A stretch of 63,101 bases of DNA, the filler included, from Hausera hauseri (lineage: Eukaryota): the NCBI GenBank assembly GCA_046269625.1. It is 12 parts of 12 records of this genome, joined end to end, with 100 filler letters (N's around TTAATTAATTAA, not from the genome) between each part and the next. Parts side by side here need not be neighbours in the genome. Positions count along the whole stretch, not along the records: positions 1 to 4,191 come from JBJURY010710547.1; positions 4,292 to 8,248 come from JBJURY010859189.1; positions 8,349 to 12,803 come from JBJURY010572672.1; positions 12,904 to 17,268 come from JBJURY010615776.1; 8 more parts are not named here. The stretch is one strand, 5' to 3'. Position numbers and translations under genes: made by a program. The notes beneath the pieces are model-generated. The model saw nothing but the letters and a program-made list of their open reading frames with translations. It had not been told where the DNA came from and made no database searches. Within the stretch, counting starts at the first letter, position 1; each line of letters begins with the position of its first letter. Shown here piece by piece: positions 1 to 13,763 of this stretch.

Positions 1-1905
1 GCCAAACAACACGAAGAACATATCAGACTAGTTTTCCAAAGCTTGCACAACTACAATTTGCAAGTGAACTTTTCTAAATGTTCATTCTTTCAGAAAAAGA
101 TAAATTTTCCTGGCCACGTCATCACACCTGACGGTCACAGTCCACAGCCTGAAAGAATCCATCAGCTACAAAGCATCAAGTTACCAAAACTACTACCCAT
201 ATGCGTAGTTTCTTTGTAACTTTACATTTTGTACATAAATACGTCCCACATTGCAGCCAGTTAACTGCTCAACTGGAGCTCAACCAGGAGCAGGCCAAAG
301 AAAAAGCTCATATGTTAGATACCAGAACTTATTAACCAGTTCGATGGACTTCGCGGCAAGCTCAAAACAGTCGAAATTTTAGCTTACCCAAAACCTGATG
401 CTGATCTCATTTTAACAACCGACGCATCAACTACAGCAGTAGTAGCAGTTCTTCATCAAATATCTCAAAGTATAAATGAACCGTTAGAATTCTTTTCGCG
501 CAAGCTGAAGCCATAAGAACGCAGCTATGCTACTTTTGATAGAGAAAACCTGGCTATTGTTTTAGCTCTGAAACATTTTCACATTTGCTTATCGCTCGTG
601 CCTTCATCATTCAAACTGACCACAAATCTCGCGTTCACGTAATGAACATGAAACAACCATCACTCCGACAAGAACGCCATATCTTACATATGTCAACATT
701 TAACTACAAAATTCGCCATATTTCTGGTAAAGACAATTTAATAGCTGACTTCCTATCACGGTCAGTCGGTGCAATCAGTGTCACGCATATATTCTCCAAG
801 GAACAATTGATCCAGAATTCCCCTTCTAATGAAATTCTGAAACAATACAAATCCGTGCAAATCATCGATGGAATAGCCGTGGATACTTCGACACCTGGAC
901 AACATTTGCCAATTTTGGCACCTCCTCTTCAATAAACTGCATTTCAACATGTTCATTTTTTGCATCACCCAGGTTGCAAGGCTGCATTCCGCCTCCTCAA
1001 ACGTCATGTAGCATGGCCATCAATGAGGTCTGATGTACAGAGCTGTGTTAGGCAATGCGCAGCTTGCCAAAAGTTCAAAGTACCTAAATATCTTAAACCA
1101 TCATTATTCCATTTCCCATGTACATACCGCTTTGAGTCAGTTCACATAGATATCGTTGGACTATTACCTTCCGATAACGGCCACCAATTCATCTTAACAA
1201 TGATGGACCGCGCGTCTTGTTTGCCGGAAGCCGTCCCTTTGTGCTCCATCAATATAGACTCCATTGCCGACGCATTCATAAGGATTTGGATTTGCCGGTT
1301 GGGTTCACCTCGCTATATAATTGCAGACCAAGGTCCCCAATTTGAATCAAACCTATTCAAGTCTTTAGTTAATCGACTGGGCATAAATCACAAACAAACA
1401 ACTCCATACCATCCCTGGTCGAACGACTTATTAGAACTCTTTCATCGCACTCTCAAGATCTCGTTAAAAATCCTGGCCGAAACCAATAAGAATTAGACAA
1501 CCATCCTACCTTTTGTTTTACTCGGGTGGCGCAACACGCCGTCTACTACTACGGGTTGCGCACCTGCTGAAGCAGTCTTTGGTACCACAATTAGAGCACT
1601 CTTTGAACTCACCGATTTGGATAACACACCGACTGACGAAACAATTCGGTCTGCACAAAGTCACTTCGTTCAGTTAAGCCAGGATTCTTTCTGCAAAATA
1701 GTACATTGTGACAAATCATACTTACCTGACTCGCTATTTAATGCAAAATTCGTGTGGATAAAAAATCTTTCACTTTCCGGATTCCAACCAATCTACTTAG
1801 GACCATATAAAGTTCTCAATTTAACTTCGCACACGGTTACAATACAAAAAACGACAAAGAACAAAATGTGCACATATCTAACGTAAAACCAGCATTTTTC
1901 GTTAA
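1..1905 (+). mobile_element. Ty3/Gypsy (CsRn1-like) pol remnant 'D': RT C-terminus, RNase H, integrase; frameshifted
   Basis: LTTDAS, TDHK, HISGKDNLIADFLSR, HHPG..WPSM..CAAC zinc finger, VHIDIVG, ADQGPQFES, YLGPYKV; closely similar to elements at 35-38 kb and 45-47 kb. Confidence 0.95.
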
Positions 1906-2179
1906 TGACACACCGGATCCAACAACTAACTCTGCACATACCTTCCTTGACTCCTTCAATCCTTCTTCTGTTCTACCTCCACGACAACCTGCTATTCAAA
2001 AACCCGCATCAATACAAAAAAACTATGCTAAACGACATACCGACTAGTTCTCAAGCTGCTGACACGTCAAATCAACATTTAACTTCCTACCAACCAATTC
2101 AGCAAACAATCAAACAACATGGTAAAAACACAAGACAGTTACTTTCAGCAAATAAAGCAGAGAACAAAATATTGATAAG

Positions 2180-3190
2180 TTTAGTGTTCTCATCCTTGTG
2201 GATGGAACTTTTAAATATAAAAAGGATAAACACGTAAACACAGTCGAATAAAACGACTGAAACAAACACTGATAAGACGAGAAAACAATGAAAGCTATTT
2301 TTATTCAGTTCTCGCAAATCGTCCGCCGAGGCGTACGAGTCCTCGGTTGAGGAAAGGGCCCGGCCAATCCTCGGATTTCGGCGCGGACAAGTCGGAATGT
2401 CGTCTGAACTAAAATCAGTTGATGCTGGTTCAAGTCTTGTCGGCTCCAACCGGCGTCGACGGAGCGGTATGGGAACTTCGACTGGGCTCACTGTCCTAGC
2501 CTTCCGCTTGTCAGCAGTTCGACAGTCAGGAATCAACTGGCTCTCCGATGGAGCCAGCGACTCGAATAGCCGACCTGTTGCCGCCATCAGTCTTATAAAG
2601 ACTGGCAAGAAGGCGGAGGAGTCGAACAACCGTCGGCTATCTCTATCGGCGTAGAACCTCCGGAAATGCCCTGTCTGGAGGCAGTACGGCTCGTTTTCGG
2701 GCACTCCGCTGAGATGCCGCACGAAACGGCTCCGCTGCAGCAACTCTCGAACCGTACGATAATCAGAATAAGAACGGCACGGAGCTTGACGGTCCCGGAT
2801 GCGGTGTCATTTTTCGCGGGAGATGGTGTCTCGCCGGGCTGTGTGTTTTTGATCTTCTGATCGGGTTTGCTGTGCCGAGGCGGTACGCCTGTAGGTGTTG
2901 TTTTCCGCTCCGGCGTGTGTTGGTCGGAGTACCTTGGGAATGCGATACACCGGAATAGATACAGTCTTCCTTTCGCCAACTGTGGCGTCTGGTTGGATGG
3001 CTGCATCGACTAGGATGGCCCTAGTGTCTTCTGTGACTATTGGTTCTCCGGGCTTCGCTGTTCGGGTCGCCTGAGTTCTCGTTCCATTGCTACTGCTAGC
3101 GATATCGACTCGCATTGTTTTCGTGCTTTCCTTGGTGACGGATACACCGTTTTTCGATAATTTGGTTACTGTATTCGACTTTTCTGGCAT
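2180..3190 (-). pseudogene. LTR-encoded protein of unknown function (single frame, one in-frame TGA at 2807-2809, open to the LTR end)
   Basis: ORFs 2807..3190 and 2099..2743 are in the same frame; core LQRSRFVRHL..YADxDSRRLFDSSxFxPVFIRLMAA..FESLxPxExQLIP shared with 39429-40424. Confidence 0.8.
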
Positions 3191-3511
3191 GCCTGTAGAT
3201 ATTTTTTGAATAATTCTGTCTTTTCTTGAACTGTGGATTCAAACAAATGGATCTGAATCCACATATTTTGAATGTTGATAATTTTGCAAGTGCTGGTCAC
3301 TTTGGCACCTGTAATCCTGAATTTTAATTTTTCTTTTATAATTTATTATAGTTTCGTGTGGAACAAATTTTGGTGTTTAACGAATCCGTGATTTTGTTTC
3401 TGATATTTGATTTTGTATTTTTGTGTTTAATTGGGCATGAATTTGTGATATTAAGTGATTTAGTTTAACTTAAGTAGATTAAATATGTTTTTTGTAAGGT
3501 GGAACCTTACA
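2180..3511 (-). mobile_element. Solo LTR (~1.33 kb) of the element-B family, flanked by 5-bp TSD ATAAG
   Basis: Minus strand starts TGTAAGGTTCCACCTTAC and aligns end to end with 39077-40322, which is followed by a PBS; ATAAG at 2175-2179 and 3512-3516. Confidence 0.85.
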
Positions 3512-4191
3512 ATAAGATTCAACGCCTTGTACATACAAAGACGCAATAGCTCACAAAAAGTATTTTTTCCATGTTTTGCTTCTTTCACATCAAAAATTTG
3601 CTTTTTTCAAGAGTTCGCATACACCTCTCTGTTTTGTTTTCTTGCTATCACCCCGACAGTGTCATTTTATAACGGGAGTATTGTGGTGCCGCAGAAACAA
3701 CCGCAGTCGTCAGTTACATCCTACAGAACCTCGAGGAAACAAAAAAATCTTAAAAGACGTTTAAGAGACCGATAATCGTCCAGAAGTAGTAGACTCGAAA
3801 GATGGATACGAAAGTTTTATATTAGAAAGCGGGAAATGGAAGTCAGAAGTTTAGAAAAACAACGGCTGATTTTCTAACAACAGCAACTGACGCACCTGAT
3901 TATTACCTTGTTCAAAAGGGTAGAAAAGTCTAAAAGCAAGACCAAGGAACAAACTTTGTTTGCAAAAGTCCGTTAATTTGGATGGTACCAATAAGAGCTT
4001 CGACGAGTGTACAGCTCAAATTGGTCGGTTAATAATCTATAACAATGCGACACCAGACACCGTTTTCAACAAAACCAACTCATTCAATCGCAAACAGAAC
4101 CTACCGTTGTCTGGTCGAAAAATGGAACTCATCCCTGAAAATACAGGCTACAATCGGCCTTGTGTTATTTCCAAGGTTTTTGATCATGTAC

Positions 4192-4291
4192 NNNNNNNNN
4201 NNNNNNNNNNNNNNNNNNNNNNNNNNNNNNNNNNNTTAATTAATTAANNNNNNNNNNNNNNNNNNNNNNNNNNNNNNNNNNNNNNNNNNNN
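4192..4291. other. Artificial contig spacer (44N-TTAATTAATTAA-44N); identical spacers at 8249, 12804, 17269, 24657, 29020, 33793, 43005, 50038, 54372, 58790
   Basis: Identical 100-nt N runs with a six-frame stop linker. Confidence 0.99.
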
Positions 4292-4849
4292 TTCACAACA
4301 TCTGCAAAAAATTACAATGCAACACAGATGTGAAACAACAATATGAAAGAGGTATCATCTCACACTCTTCTTTTCAATCATCATGACTTCACCAATCTTC
4401 CTCAATTTTACCTTATTGGTCATAGATCAAGGTTGGGCATAAAAAGCAGAGAAAGGGCTTTAAGGTGACAAAACATTGGTTGGAGTTGTATGCATGGCAC
4501 ATGCAATATTTTCCCCTATCAAACGTTGCCATTCAAGCAGTCCTTTGCAATTGTGATATTGTATACATTGAAAGTGGGTTTTATGTACAGAGTACAGACC
4601 TATTAATTAAGTGAAAGCAAGGCTGTGCAGATGTATTGTGGTTTACTTAATGCTCACTTGCTGATGCATTTATTGATCAGTTTGATTTATATACACGATG
4701 AATTTAATAATAAGTATGTTTCACAAACAATATGAATGTTATAATGAGCAGTATCAATATTGAGTAGGGAAACCCGTTACTAATTAACTAAATTGATTTT
4801 CTTTTAATACTTGTTGGGAGTCGGTAATTTCCTTCTGCACTATTTGTTC

Positions 4850-7800
4850 AGTTATCATATTAGGTATGGGTTTACCTGGACTGATGTTGTCGTTGACCAT
4901 GGTTTGGTCGTAACTGGCCTTGGGTTGGGATGTTTTGTGTTGTGCCTCAACTATCGATTATGGTTTAATATTAATATCGCCTTTCTTCTCATAGTGATCA
5001 TCGTCGCTATGCGATGTATTTTCACATTCTTCCATTTTAGATGATTCTCTGTTGTAGTAGATACGCATAATACGTTTCTCAAAAGTGTTTAACCGTCGCA
5101 AATTCTTCGTCATATCGGTCATTTCTTCCTTTTCCTTATATGATCTTAATCGACGGTTACTTTTTAATCTCTCCCATTATTCTTTAAATGGTTTAGCTAT
5201 TTCTTCGCCATTGCTTAACTCGCAAAATATTAGACGATATCGTAGTGCATTTAACTTACCTGAAAATCCGCTTGCATTTACCATGTCGAACTTATCTATA
5301 TCTTCGTAATTCGATGGGGTTAAAGGTGTATTTAAAGCCCGATTCAAACAATTATTCCATACTATTCGCGCTTCCTCTTCTTCATAGGCATCTATTTCGT
5401 CCTGAGTAAGTTCGTCTTTTATTGCCATAAGTATGTATGTCTTCCAGAAACTGATCATGAAGGAATCCGAATGGACGTTACTTATGAACCCTTCGCCATA
5501 ACTCTTAAATAGTCCTAGACAACTATCAGCCAGTTTGACAATTCTGTTTGGTGGTTTATTTGCTATTAGTTCCGGAGACATTCTTTGAAGAAGATTAATT
5601 ACGTACGCTGCAGGAAATACCGACGATTTTCCTCGCAGGAAGCGAGTAATCAACATACGTTGTCTATGACTTCCGATAAATAAAGTTTGATATTTATTTT
5701 TATCGCCATATACTATACTTTTTTCGTGGGTTAGTCGGTATTTTTCTATTAATGGATCAAATGACCTAAGGCAGCGTATTATTTGTAATGGAGAATGTGT
5801 TTCTAGTCGGGCTTTAACAGCGATTCATATTTTGGGCATATGGGTTCATTGATCGGTGTTCCCATTACATCAGTCCAGGTCCCTATCAAAATACTAATAG
5901 GTTGTAACCGTATTGGTTGTGGGGATGTTTCCATTACAATTTGTTTAAACAAGCACAATCCCTCATAGTATGCTTTGGCTCGGAAATCATTCGATGTGTG
6001 GGACAATGACATATTGGAAGAAATTTTATAAGATGTATACAGGATGCTAGCTATTAATAGCAATTGGTATCTATAGTCCGATCCTTTAAAGTTTATTCCA
6101 GCTTCATGTTTGAGCCGATCGAAATATGATTCGTATAAGATTGTATATAACTTCATGAAGTCTTTTTGTTCCTCGTTAGGTAATTGAGTTATACTACCTC
6201 CTAGCAGTAAGCAATTAATAATATCTTTGTCCCATTCATGCGGGGTCTCTCCAAAGATGCGAAGTATGGTAGTAGGTTGTCGTCTTTAGGTATTGTGATG
6301 GGCTGGTCGTCTTTTTATTTAATATCGTTTAGCCATTGATCTGTTCTGTTTGCTATAAGACGTAACTCTTTTATGGTGTTCGGAACATCTTGATCCTGGG
6401 GACATACTTCCAGTGAATTGATAATAGTTTGGTGTAATGGTTGATACACTAATCTATGCATTACTCGGTTCAATTCCTCTCGGACCGGTGGGAGACTGCT
6501 TGGATTCGTGTGTAGAGCATTTATTATCATAAAGTAAGAAATTATCTGGTTGGCCATCGCTCAATCGTATTCCCATTTGGAGCCTACTACGTATGCAATG
6601 GTGGTTAGTATTATATTGGTTTTAGGTGTTGCAGTTGTTGGTATCATTTTAAGGTCCTCTTTTATAACCTCTATCAGATCTGACGCAAGTAGCCATCGGG
6701 TTCTGCATGGTTTATTTTTACTTCCATTTTTGTTCAATCCATCCATGGCATATTGTATGGGATCAGGGAATTCTTTCCATTCTCTAGTATTAGCATAGCC
6801 TTTCCGTATTATTTCTTTAGAACAATAACATTTTTGTGTCTTTAGAAGGGGTTGATGTTCAATTTCGATATTTTTCTACCTTCATATCGATTTGAATATA
6901 ATACTCTTCTTTCTAAATGAGTGAAACAGTCGTGATGTACTTTTACTTTTTGGTATTCTCTTACCACTTGTATTAAACTAGAATAGTTATAACCAAGTTT
7001 CACTTGTCGGCGATTGGACTCTTCGCTCTATTGTTCATCGAATGAAGAGTCTGACGAGACTTTTTCGGTTACATCGTATAATATTTCATTCACTAATTTT
7101 GCATCTCCTATTAGATATCTTCGAATATTTGATATGGCAGAAGATATATGCTGTGGTTAATTGCCTTTATACTCCAAAACTGTCTTAATATAGGTGATAT
7201 CTTCTCGTTCCTTCTTGAACGGTTCTGCTATGTCGTGGTCATCATTCAACATACAAAATAGCAATCTGTAACGACAGCATTTAGATTACAAGATAATCAT
7301 TTGACATTTACTTGTTGCAACTGACTAATTCCGTTGTTTTCCTTTCTGTTTAAAAGAGCGCCCGTATACATACGTAGATAATCATTCCGTAGTATCCGGG
7401 CTTCTTTCTTTTCCATCTCCTCTATTTCTTCTTTTCTTACTTCGACCTGTAAGGTCCTTAATGTATATGTTAAACAACAATTGATTGTAAACGAATTGTT
7501 TATTTTCCTGTTTATTAGCTCTCCACCAAAATTCTTAAATAATCCTATGCTTTTCTCTCCAGCTTCCTCAGCCCTTTTTTGGATATATAGGCATCGCACA
7601 ATGGAGATATCTGTTGCAATAAGGTAAATATATTTACATTAGGGACTTGCGGTATTTGTTCTCTTAAGAAATGTGTAAGAAAGATTCGTGGTTCCAACGA
7701 ATAGGCGTTGATACCTCATTACATATCCGTAAAGGGAAGAGTCTAATGCTGTCCATGCGTTCTTAGTGTAAATATTTTCGTCGTCGCAAGTCAATCCATT

Positions 7801-8248
7801 ACTTTGCCAATTCCAATCAAATGTATAGATGCGGTGTATCAATTATGATAAGGAGTGCATGTGGCGGTCCTGATTTGGTATTGGTTGTATTTTACAGATT
7901 CTCCTTAAAGTTTGTGCTAATTCTTGATAATCTGAACACCCTTCCCAGACACTAATTTCTTTTGGTGTCTTCTTTGAACTTAAATAATCCGAGTATGTTT
8001 TCGCCAGTCGGCTGGTGCGTAGGAATTCCAATGATGGTTCCATATTATTTAAAGGATCTACATCGTCAGTGCTGCTGCATGTATTCTCGAACAAGTCAGG
8101 GACGTTTATTATTTTCCAACGTTGATTGGATTCATCTTCGTCATCGTTATCCAAAAGCTTGCCTATTATAAACAATGAAAGTATCCATAACAATATTAGT
8201 AATGGAGCAGCAAAAATAAATAATAAGCAAATTATTATTTATTTTAAT
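4850..8248 (-). pseudogene. Decayed intronless orphan coding region containing an internally duplicated domain
   Basis: Co-oriented ORF pieces; RYQRLFVG/KYQTLFIG, GLFKNFGG/GLFKSYGE, EKKEARI/EEEEARI and RYRLLFC/RYRLIFC each recur ~1.95 kb apart. Confidence 0.6.
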
Positions 8249-8348
8249 NNNNNNNNNNNNNNNNNNNNNNNNNNNNNNNNNNNNNNNNNNNNTTAATTAA
8301 TTAANNNNNNNNNNNNNNNNNNNNNNNNNNNNNNNNNNNNNNNNNNNN

Positions 8349-8525
8349 TGAACGGATCCAGGTTCACCCAGCCTTAAAAGGGTACCGGGGTTTACTCCAG
8401 GAAAAGTAAAGCGGTGAGAAAGTTGGTGGCATCCCTACTCACAAAATGTGAAAAGTCAAGTACAGTGAAGGTATTAACACTTCATTCCTCAATGCTATTA
8501 ATGCTAAGAAACTTTACTTTTCCTA
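8349..8525 (+). repeat. Probable SINE 3' portion
   Basis: CACCCAGCC..GGGTACC core typical of metazoan SINE central domains; CTTTACTTT tail. Confidence 0.4.
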
Positions 8526-8758
8526 TGTTAAATCAGCAACAGTTTCAGTATTATTCACTCATTTATTACTTCCCATAAAAAGCAAGATTAAGACTCACAT
8601 ATCTGTAATTTCATGGCAGACTTCCATCAAAATTAATTTATAGTCTTATTTTGTAGACAAAATCTAAACTTCAAGCCACAGTTCAAGCACAGGAGCTTCA
8701 AAATATAAACATTACAAGGTTGTTTACTTTGTGTTGCTGAATTAATGCGACTAACCTC

Positions 8759-9886
8759 ATGCTGAAAACTGTTGCAAAGGACAAATATCTTAAAAATTTA
8801 ATTGAACAGGCTTCAGAAGGATGTAATTATCTTTATTAAAGTAGTAACATGTATAATTATTTAATGACAGGGGTGTCTTATGAGGAAATGATCAAATTTC
8901 CAAGATTAAAGAGCTTATCAGAGGATATTGAAATAATTAAAGCCGCTGTACAGAAATCCGAAAGTTCTGTAATTGAGGCTAACGATAAGGGCATTCGACG
9001 ATTGCTGTCTTTACAAATTCCAGATAACGTTCAAGAAGCTGCAGATAAATATATCGATCAATCTGTTTACGTTAAAGGATTTGGTTCCAAGGACTCAATG
9101 GATGATATCATGGCATTTCTTGAAACTAACGGTGGTCCAACAATGAACATTCACATGCGACGCATTCCGAAAACGAAAACATTCAAAGGCAGTGTTTTTG
9201 CTATTTTTAAAGAAAAAGAATCAGCCGAGAAATTTTTACAAAATGAAGAAGCTGCAAAATACAAAGATGTGGACCTCATTCGTTTGTGGCAGTAAGAAAA
9301 TTCAGTTTTTCTTTCGTCATTAAATTGAATTTAGAAAGGATTATCTTGAGTCAAAAAAATCGGAACATCAGAATAAAAACGAATTGAAACACAAGAAGAA
9401 AGCTGAAAGTGACGCCCGTAGAGATGCTCTGGTTGAGAGTAAAATGACCAAGGGTGCTCTTTTGGAATTAGTTGGTTTCATTGCTCCCACTGAAAGTACC
9501 GACAAATCCGAACAGGCCAAATTAAAGGCATGGTTATTGGAAAATGTTAAAGAAACCACTGTTGCATGGGTGGACTATTTTATCGAATCCCATACGGCCA
9601 TTGTTCGATTCAATGGTGAAAATTCCGCATCAAAAGCATTAGATACTTTGTGCAAATCAGAATTCGCCAACGATGATAACAGCGGATTTAAATACGCTGA
9701 AGGAGAAATCAAGGGGAACATAATTGAAGGTGATCGCGAAAGAGAATACTGGACGAACATAATTAATGTAAAGTTCAACAAGAATAGAAAGGTTTGTATG
9801 ATTTAAAATGTTTACTAATTTTAATAATATTAATTTAGCGCGGTGATAGATCTAACGGCCCTGCAAGCAAGAGACGCCGTTATTAA
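8759..9886 (+). CDS. SSB: La/SSB autoantigen homolog (partial La motif, RRM1, RRM2, C-terminal NLS); introns 8823-8870, 9292-9334, 9792-9838
   Basis: Spliced KDKYLK..EGWVSYEEMIKFPRL, SVYVKGF, FKGSVFAIF, VAWVDY, PASKRRRY; GT-AG introns restore frame; the N-terminal EYYF part was not found. Confidence 0.9.
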
Positions 9887-10536
9887 TTAAGATAGAATAC
9901 TAACAATTGTCTATAAATAAATCTGATAATGTTGTTTCGATTTGTATATTTTGATTAGAAAATTTTGAGTATTTCCAATTGGCCAATCAGGCAAGATTTC
10001 ATTTTCTATCGCTGCTCCTCTTGACGAGAGTGAATTTTCTATTTTTTATTCATTCATTGAAATTGTTACATACGCAAAATTTACGTGACATCTGATGGAT
10101 TGTTTTCTTAGAAATTTGAAGAGTAAGATGAATAATGCATTTGACGTAATTGTCAACAGTCCGGTTATAATGAGGAAAAGTGAGTTGTGGAATTTTATTT
10201 TCTGTACGTTTCAATTTTAATTTTTATCCGTTTCACATTGAATTGTTTGGAGTATTCAAATTACTGTTCGGGAATTTAACGAAACTGTCGTTCGTTAAAT
10301 TTCGGACTGTTGTGTAATGTTAGAATTAATGTACAATTGTGGAAAATTTCAATTATCCATTCGTCTTTTTGTCTCACGCTTTCCTATTCTATGTAAAGGG
10401 CACATCTTCCATATCCCACATCGGAAGTCGATTTGGGAAATTTTAGTACGTCATTTCTGTCTTACAAAATAAAGACGCAAGTTGCCTTTTTATTACGATG
10501 AGCGTGTTAAATGCGGCGGAATAATCGGCTACGAAT

Positions 10537-10811
10537 GACTGATGGACGAAAAGGTAGTGTGTAATTTCAATGAGTTTGTGTGTGGGGGGAATATGATAGA
10601 AGTATCAAAAATTCCAAATAAGTTTTTCCCATCATGCTGCGACCTTAAACGGTACACCCAGACTCTACACTGTTCGAGAATTTCATAAGTTCGAATGATG
10701 GACGAAAAAGCAGTGTGTAATTTCAATGAGTTTGTAGGGGGGGATATGATACAAGTATCAGAAATTCCAACATTTTTCCAATCACGCCATGACACTACAC
10801 TGTTCGAGAAT
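10537..10811 (+). repeat. Imperfect tandem duplication (~155-bp period)
   Basis: GATGGACGAAAA..GTGTGTAATTTCAATGAGTTTGT..CTACACTGTTCGAGAAT occurs twice. Confidence 0.85.
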
Positions 10812-11609
10812 CTCAAAAATTCGATCTTTCAATCGTTTATGGGAATGGCAATTTCATCAGAAAAGTTGTTTGATAAGTCTGATCAAACCGATCGAAGAGG
10901 CTTGTCGGAACGAACTTTTATATGAGGAATTGGACCTTTTCAATAATGATGGAGAGAAGAAAGTGTTAAAGAAGAATTTCCCCATCCAGACTAATGCTTT
11001 CTTTCTGTTATGACCTCCGATTTCCTGGCCATGGAAAGATGTTAATATTCATATTCAAAGTAACACACAATATTTGTTTCTCGTTTCCGGTAAAATGAAA
11101 ATCTCGAGATTCCAGGATAAAAGAAAAAAATTTTTTTTTGATTTCCGGGACTTCTCGGGATTTTGACAGTTTAAAATAATACCAAAAATGAAATGACGTT
11201 TTTTTTAAAAGAATTTATACAATATGAAAAATTTAAATAATAAAACACAAAACAGAAATAAAATTTTATTTTATAGAAATATAACGATGAAAAATGAGCT
11301 GATAAACTTTGAAAAATAAACCACAGGCATGACGTAAGAGAGAGTGTAGAAGACAAACTCCTAAATCACCAGAACGTCAAACACCAAACATAATAATCCA
11401 ATCGACCCCAGATGGTAGCATGAAGGTTAATTGCTCAATCACTTAAAGATGAAATACAATTTCCCGAGTTTTGCACTGTTTCCTGCAGTAATTTAAAACG
11501 AATTTCATGATTTTTACTGAACTTGCATTGTAATTTACAATTTAAATTTTAAATCTGTTGCATAGTAATTTAAAAAATTTGTATGTACCGTGATTTATTA
11601 ATTCGAATT

Positions 11610-12119
11610 TTAAATTACAATACAAGCTTCTATTCTACGAGTGATAGAATTTCTGGATAATTGGACGTCCTGAAAAGCTGACAGAATTTCATTTTTATTT
11701 TTGGCTTCTTGAAATAAAATCTCCGATGCAGCAAGCATTACTTCTTTTATTCTGTTGCCATCCTCAAAGGGCTTTTTATGAATTGCAAGTATATATGCAA
11801 TCTTAAATGATGCTACTGTTGCAACCTTCGTTTTATTTGCGGATTTGGTAAACATTGATTGTTGGGCAACTAATGCGTTTTTCAGTTCTTTCACTTTACA
11901 TTTTCTTAGATTGCTCTCTGAAGGATAATCAATATCATATTTATTATGAAGGATTTTAAAATGTCGTTTAACGCGTCTTTTCTTGCAAACAGAAACTGTT
12001 GATCCCCATATTAAACAAATACATCTTAAAGTTTACGAAAATTTTTTTTCTCCCCACTCGTCATTGGAAATGTAATTGTATGTACGTTTTTTTCTTTTTT
12101 CGGGCTCATATGTTGACAT
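11610..12119 (-). mobile_element. hAT (GTF2IRD2/SPIN-like) transposase N-terminal fragment
   Basis: CLI..KRHF..H zinc region, ASFKIAYILAIHKKPFEDG, LSRNSITRRI. Confidence 0.85.
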
Positions 12120-13109
12120 GATTATGGAGCTAAAAACGACAGAATTACAAAATTTAGAAGCCACTATTTTTGATACTTGTGTGAAACAAGATATACTTAC
12201 TTTGCTTACAACTTCGAAATTTATACGGGTCCACATAATGAGCACCCAAATGAAGTGGTCGCATTTAGCAGAAGGGTACATTACATAAGGGTGTGTATAT
12301 ATACATTAACCAGATAAATAAAGAAACAGAAATTTAAAAAAATTAGTCAAACACATTCGATGACGTAAGTGGAAAAGTCTGAGTGCATCGTGAGATGGAA
12401 GTACTCTCTAGTCCAGAGATTTAGTAATGTTCAATAACATGACGTTGCTACATTCAGCCATGTTATGGGATATGGGCAAATATTGATGGAAAACAGATCG
12501 AAAATGGCACCTTCGCTTGCGGTAAGAAATTATCGTCTAGAGTTTCATGGTGCTTGGTTTTTTTTCAGTCACATTTGCTGTTGTTAGGTGTGAGTTATTT
12601 AGTCAGTCAGTTGAACAATCAGTTAATCAGTCCATTAGTCGTCAGGTCATCATCACTGCACACGGGACAAGTCCATAAGTGATCCGATTTCATCCTCAGT
12701 ATATCTGTCAGCACGTAACGACTGACAGTTCCGGTTCTGTGTTGGTTAACAAAGCGTCTCCTATTCCCACAGTGACGTTCATATCTAGCAGCACCCTGCT
12801 TCANNNNNNNNNNNNNNNNNNNNNNNNNNNNNNNNNNNNNNNNNNNNTTAATTAATTAANNNNNNNNNNNNNNNNNNNNNNNNNNNNNNNNNNNNNNNNN
12901 NNNCGATGTGCAGCTATCGATTTGTGAAATGTGCAAAAATGTGCATAGCAACAGTGCCTAACGATACCGTCGCATAGTACATTACCGATCAATAGTGATC
13001 CATGTGCACTATCGATTGACACATGTGCAAAATCAACTTTATTCATTACCACTTTCCGCGGGGGGTGCGGCAGTGCACTCCTATCCTACTACTGACAAGC
13101 AATGCTGCA

Positions 13110-13630
13110 AATAGAATGTAATCACTCAGGCAGTGGCGTCCTTGCGCTGAAATGACACGGGCAAAAGACGTGACGGAGTGAGTATAGAAATGAGATTTAA
13201 TCCTATTTACTTGGAGGTTGTAGTCGTATAGGCGCTTAGAAAGAGTGCGCATGTGTTCTGCGTGTTGATATTCGTCTGCGGAAGCTATCAGAATGTCGTC
13301 GATATATGGAAATGCAAAAGGCAGATCTGAGAGTCTATATTTCACTGGAATGCTTGGGCAGCGTTGCGGAGTCCAAACGGCATGTAGAGATATTCGAAGA
13401 GGCTAAGTGGCATTGTTATTGCGGTCTTCTAAATATATTCTAGAGCGATTGGAATTTGATGGTAAGCTTTCTGCAGGTCCACGGTGGAGAATATGTTGCT
13501 ATCACCTAATCTACGAACAATGTCAGAGATCATCTGGTATCGTTAAAGCGTTAAGTCTGCGATAATCTCCGTACGACCGAAGTGTGCCGTCTTTTCTGGT
13601 ACCACGTGAAATGGTGAAGCCCAAATGACA
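13110..13630 (-). mobile_element. Gypsy reverse transcriptase fragment
   Basis: WASPFHVV, YMPFGLRNAAQAFQ, PYIDDILIAS. Confidence 0.9.
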
Positions 13631-13763
13631 CCATCCATGACTTTAAAATGATGTTGTATTGGAGACTCCAATAAAATTTAAGAATAAAACAGTTGAGGAG
13701 TCGTCTGATATAACAGTGTAGTAAGAAATTAATATGATCGACATATAATGTCCTTTGAGGATC

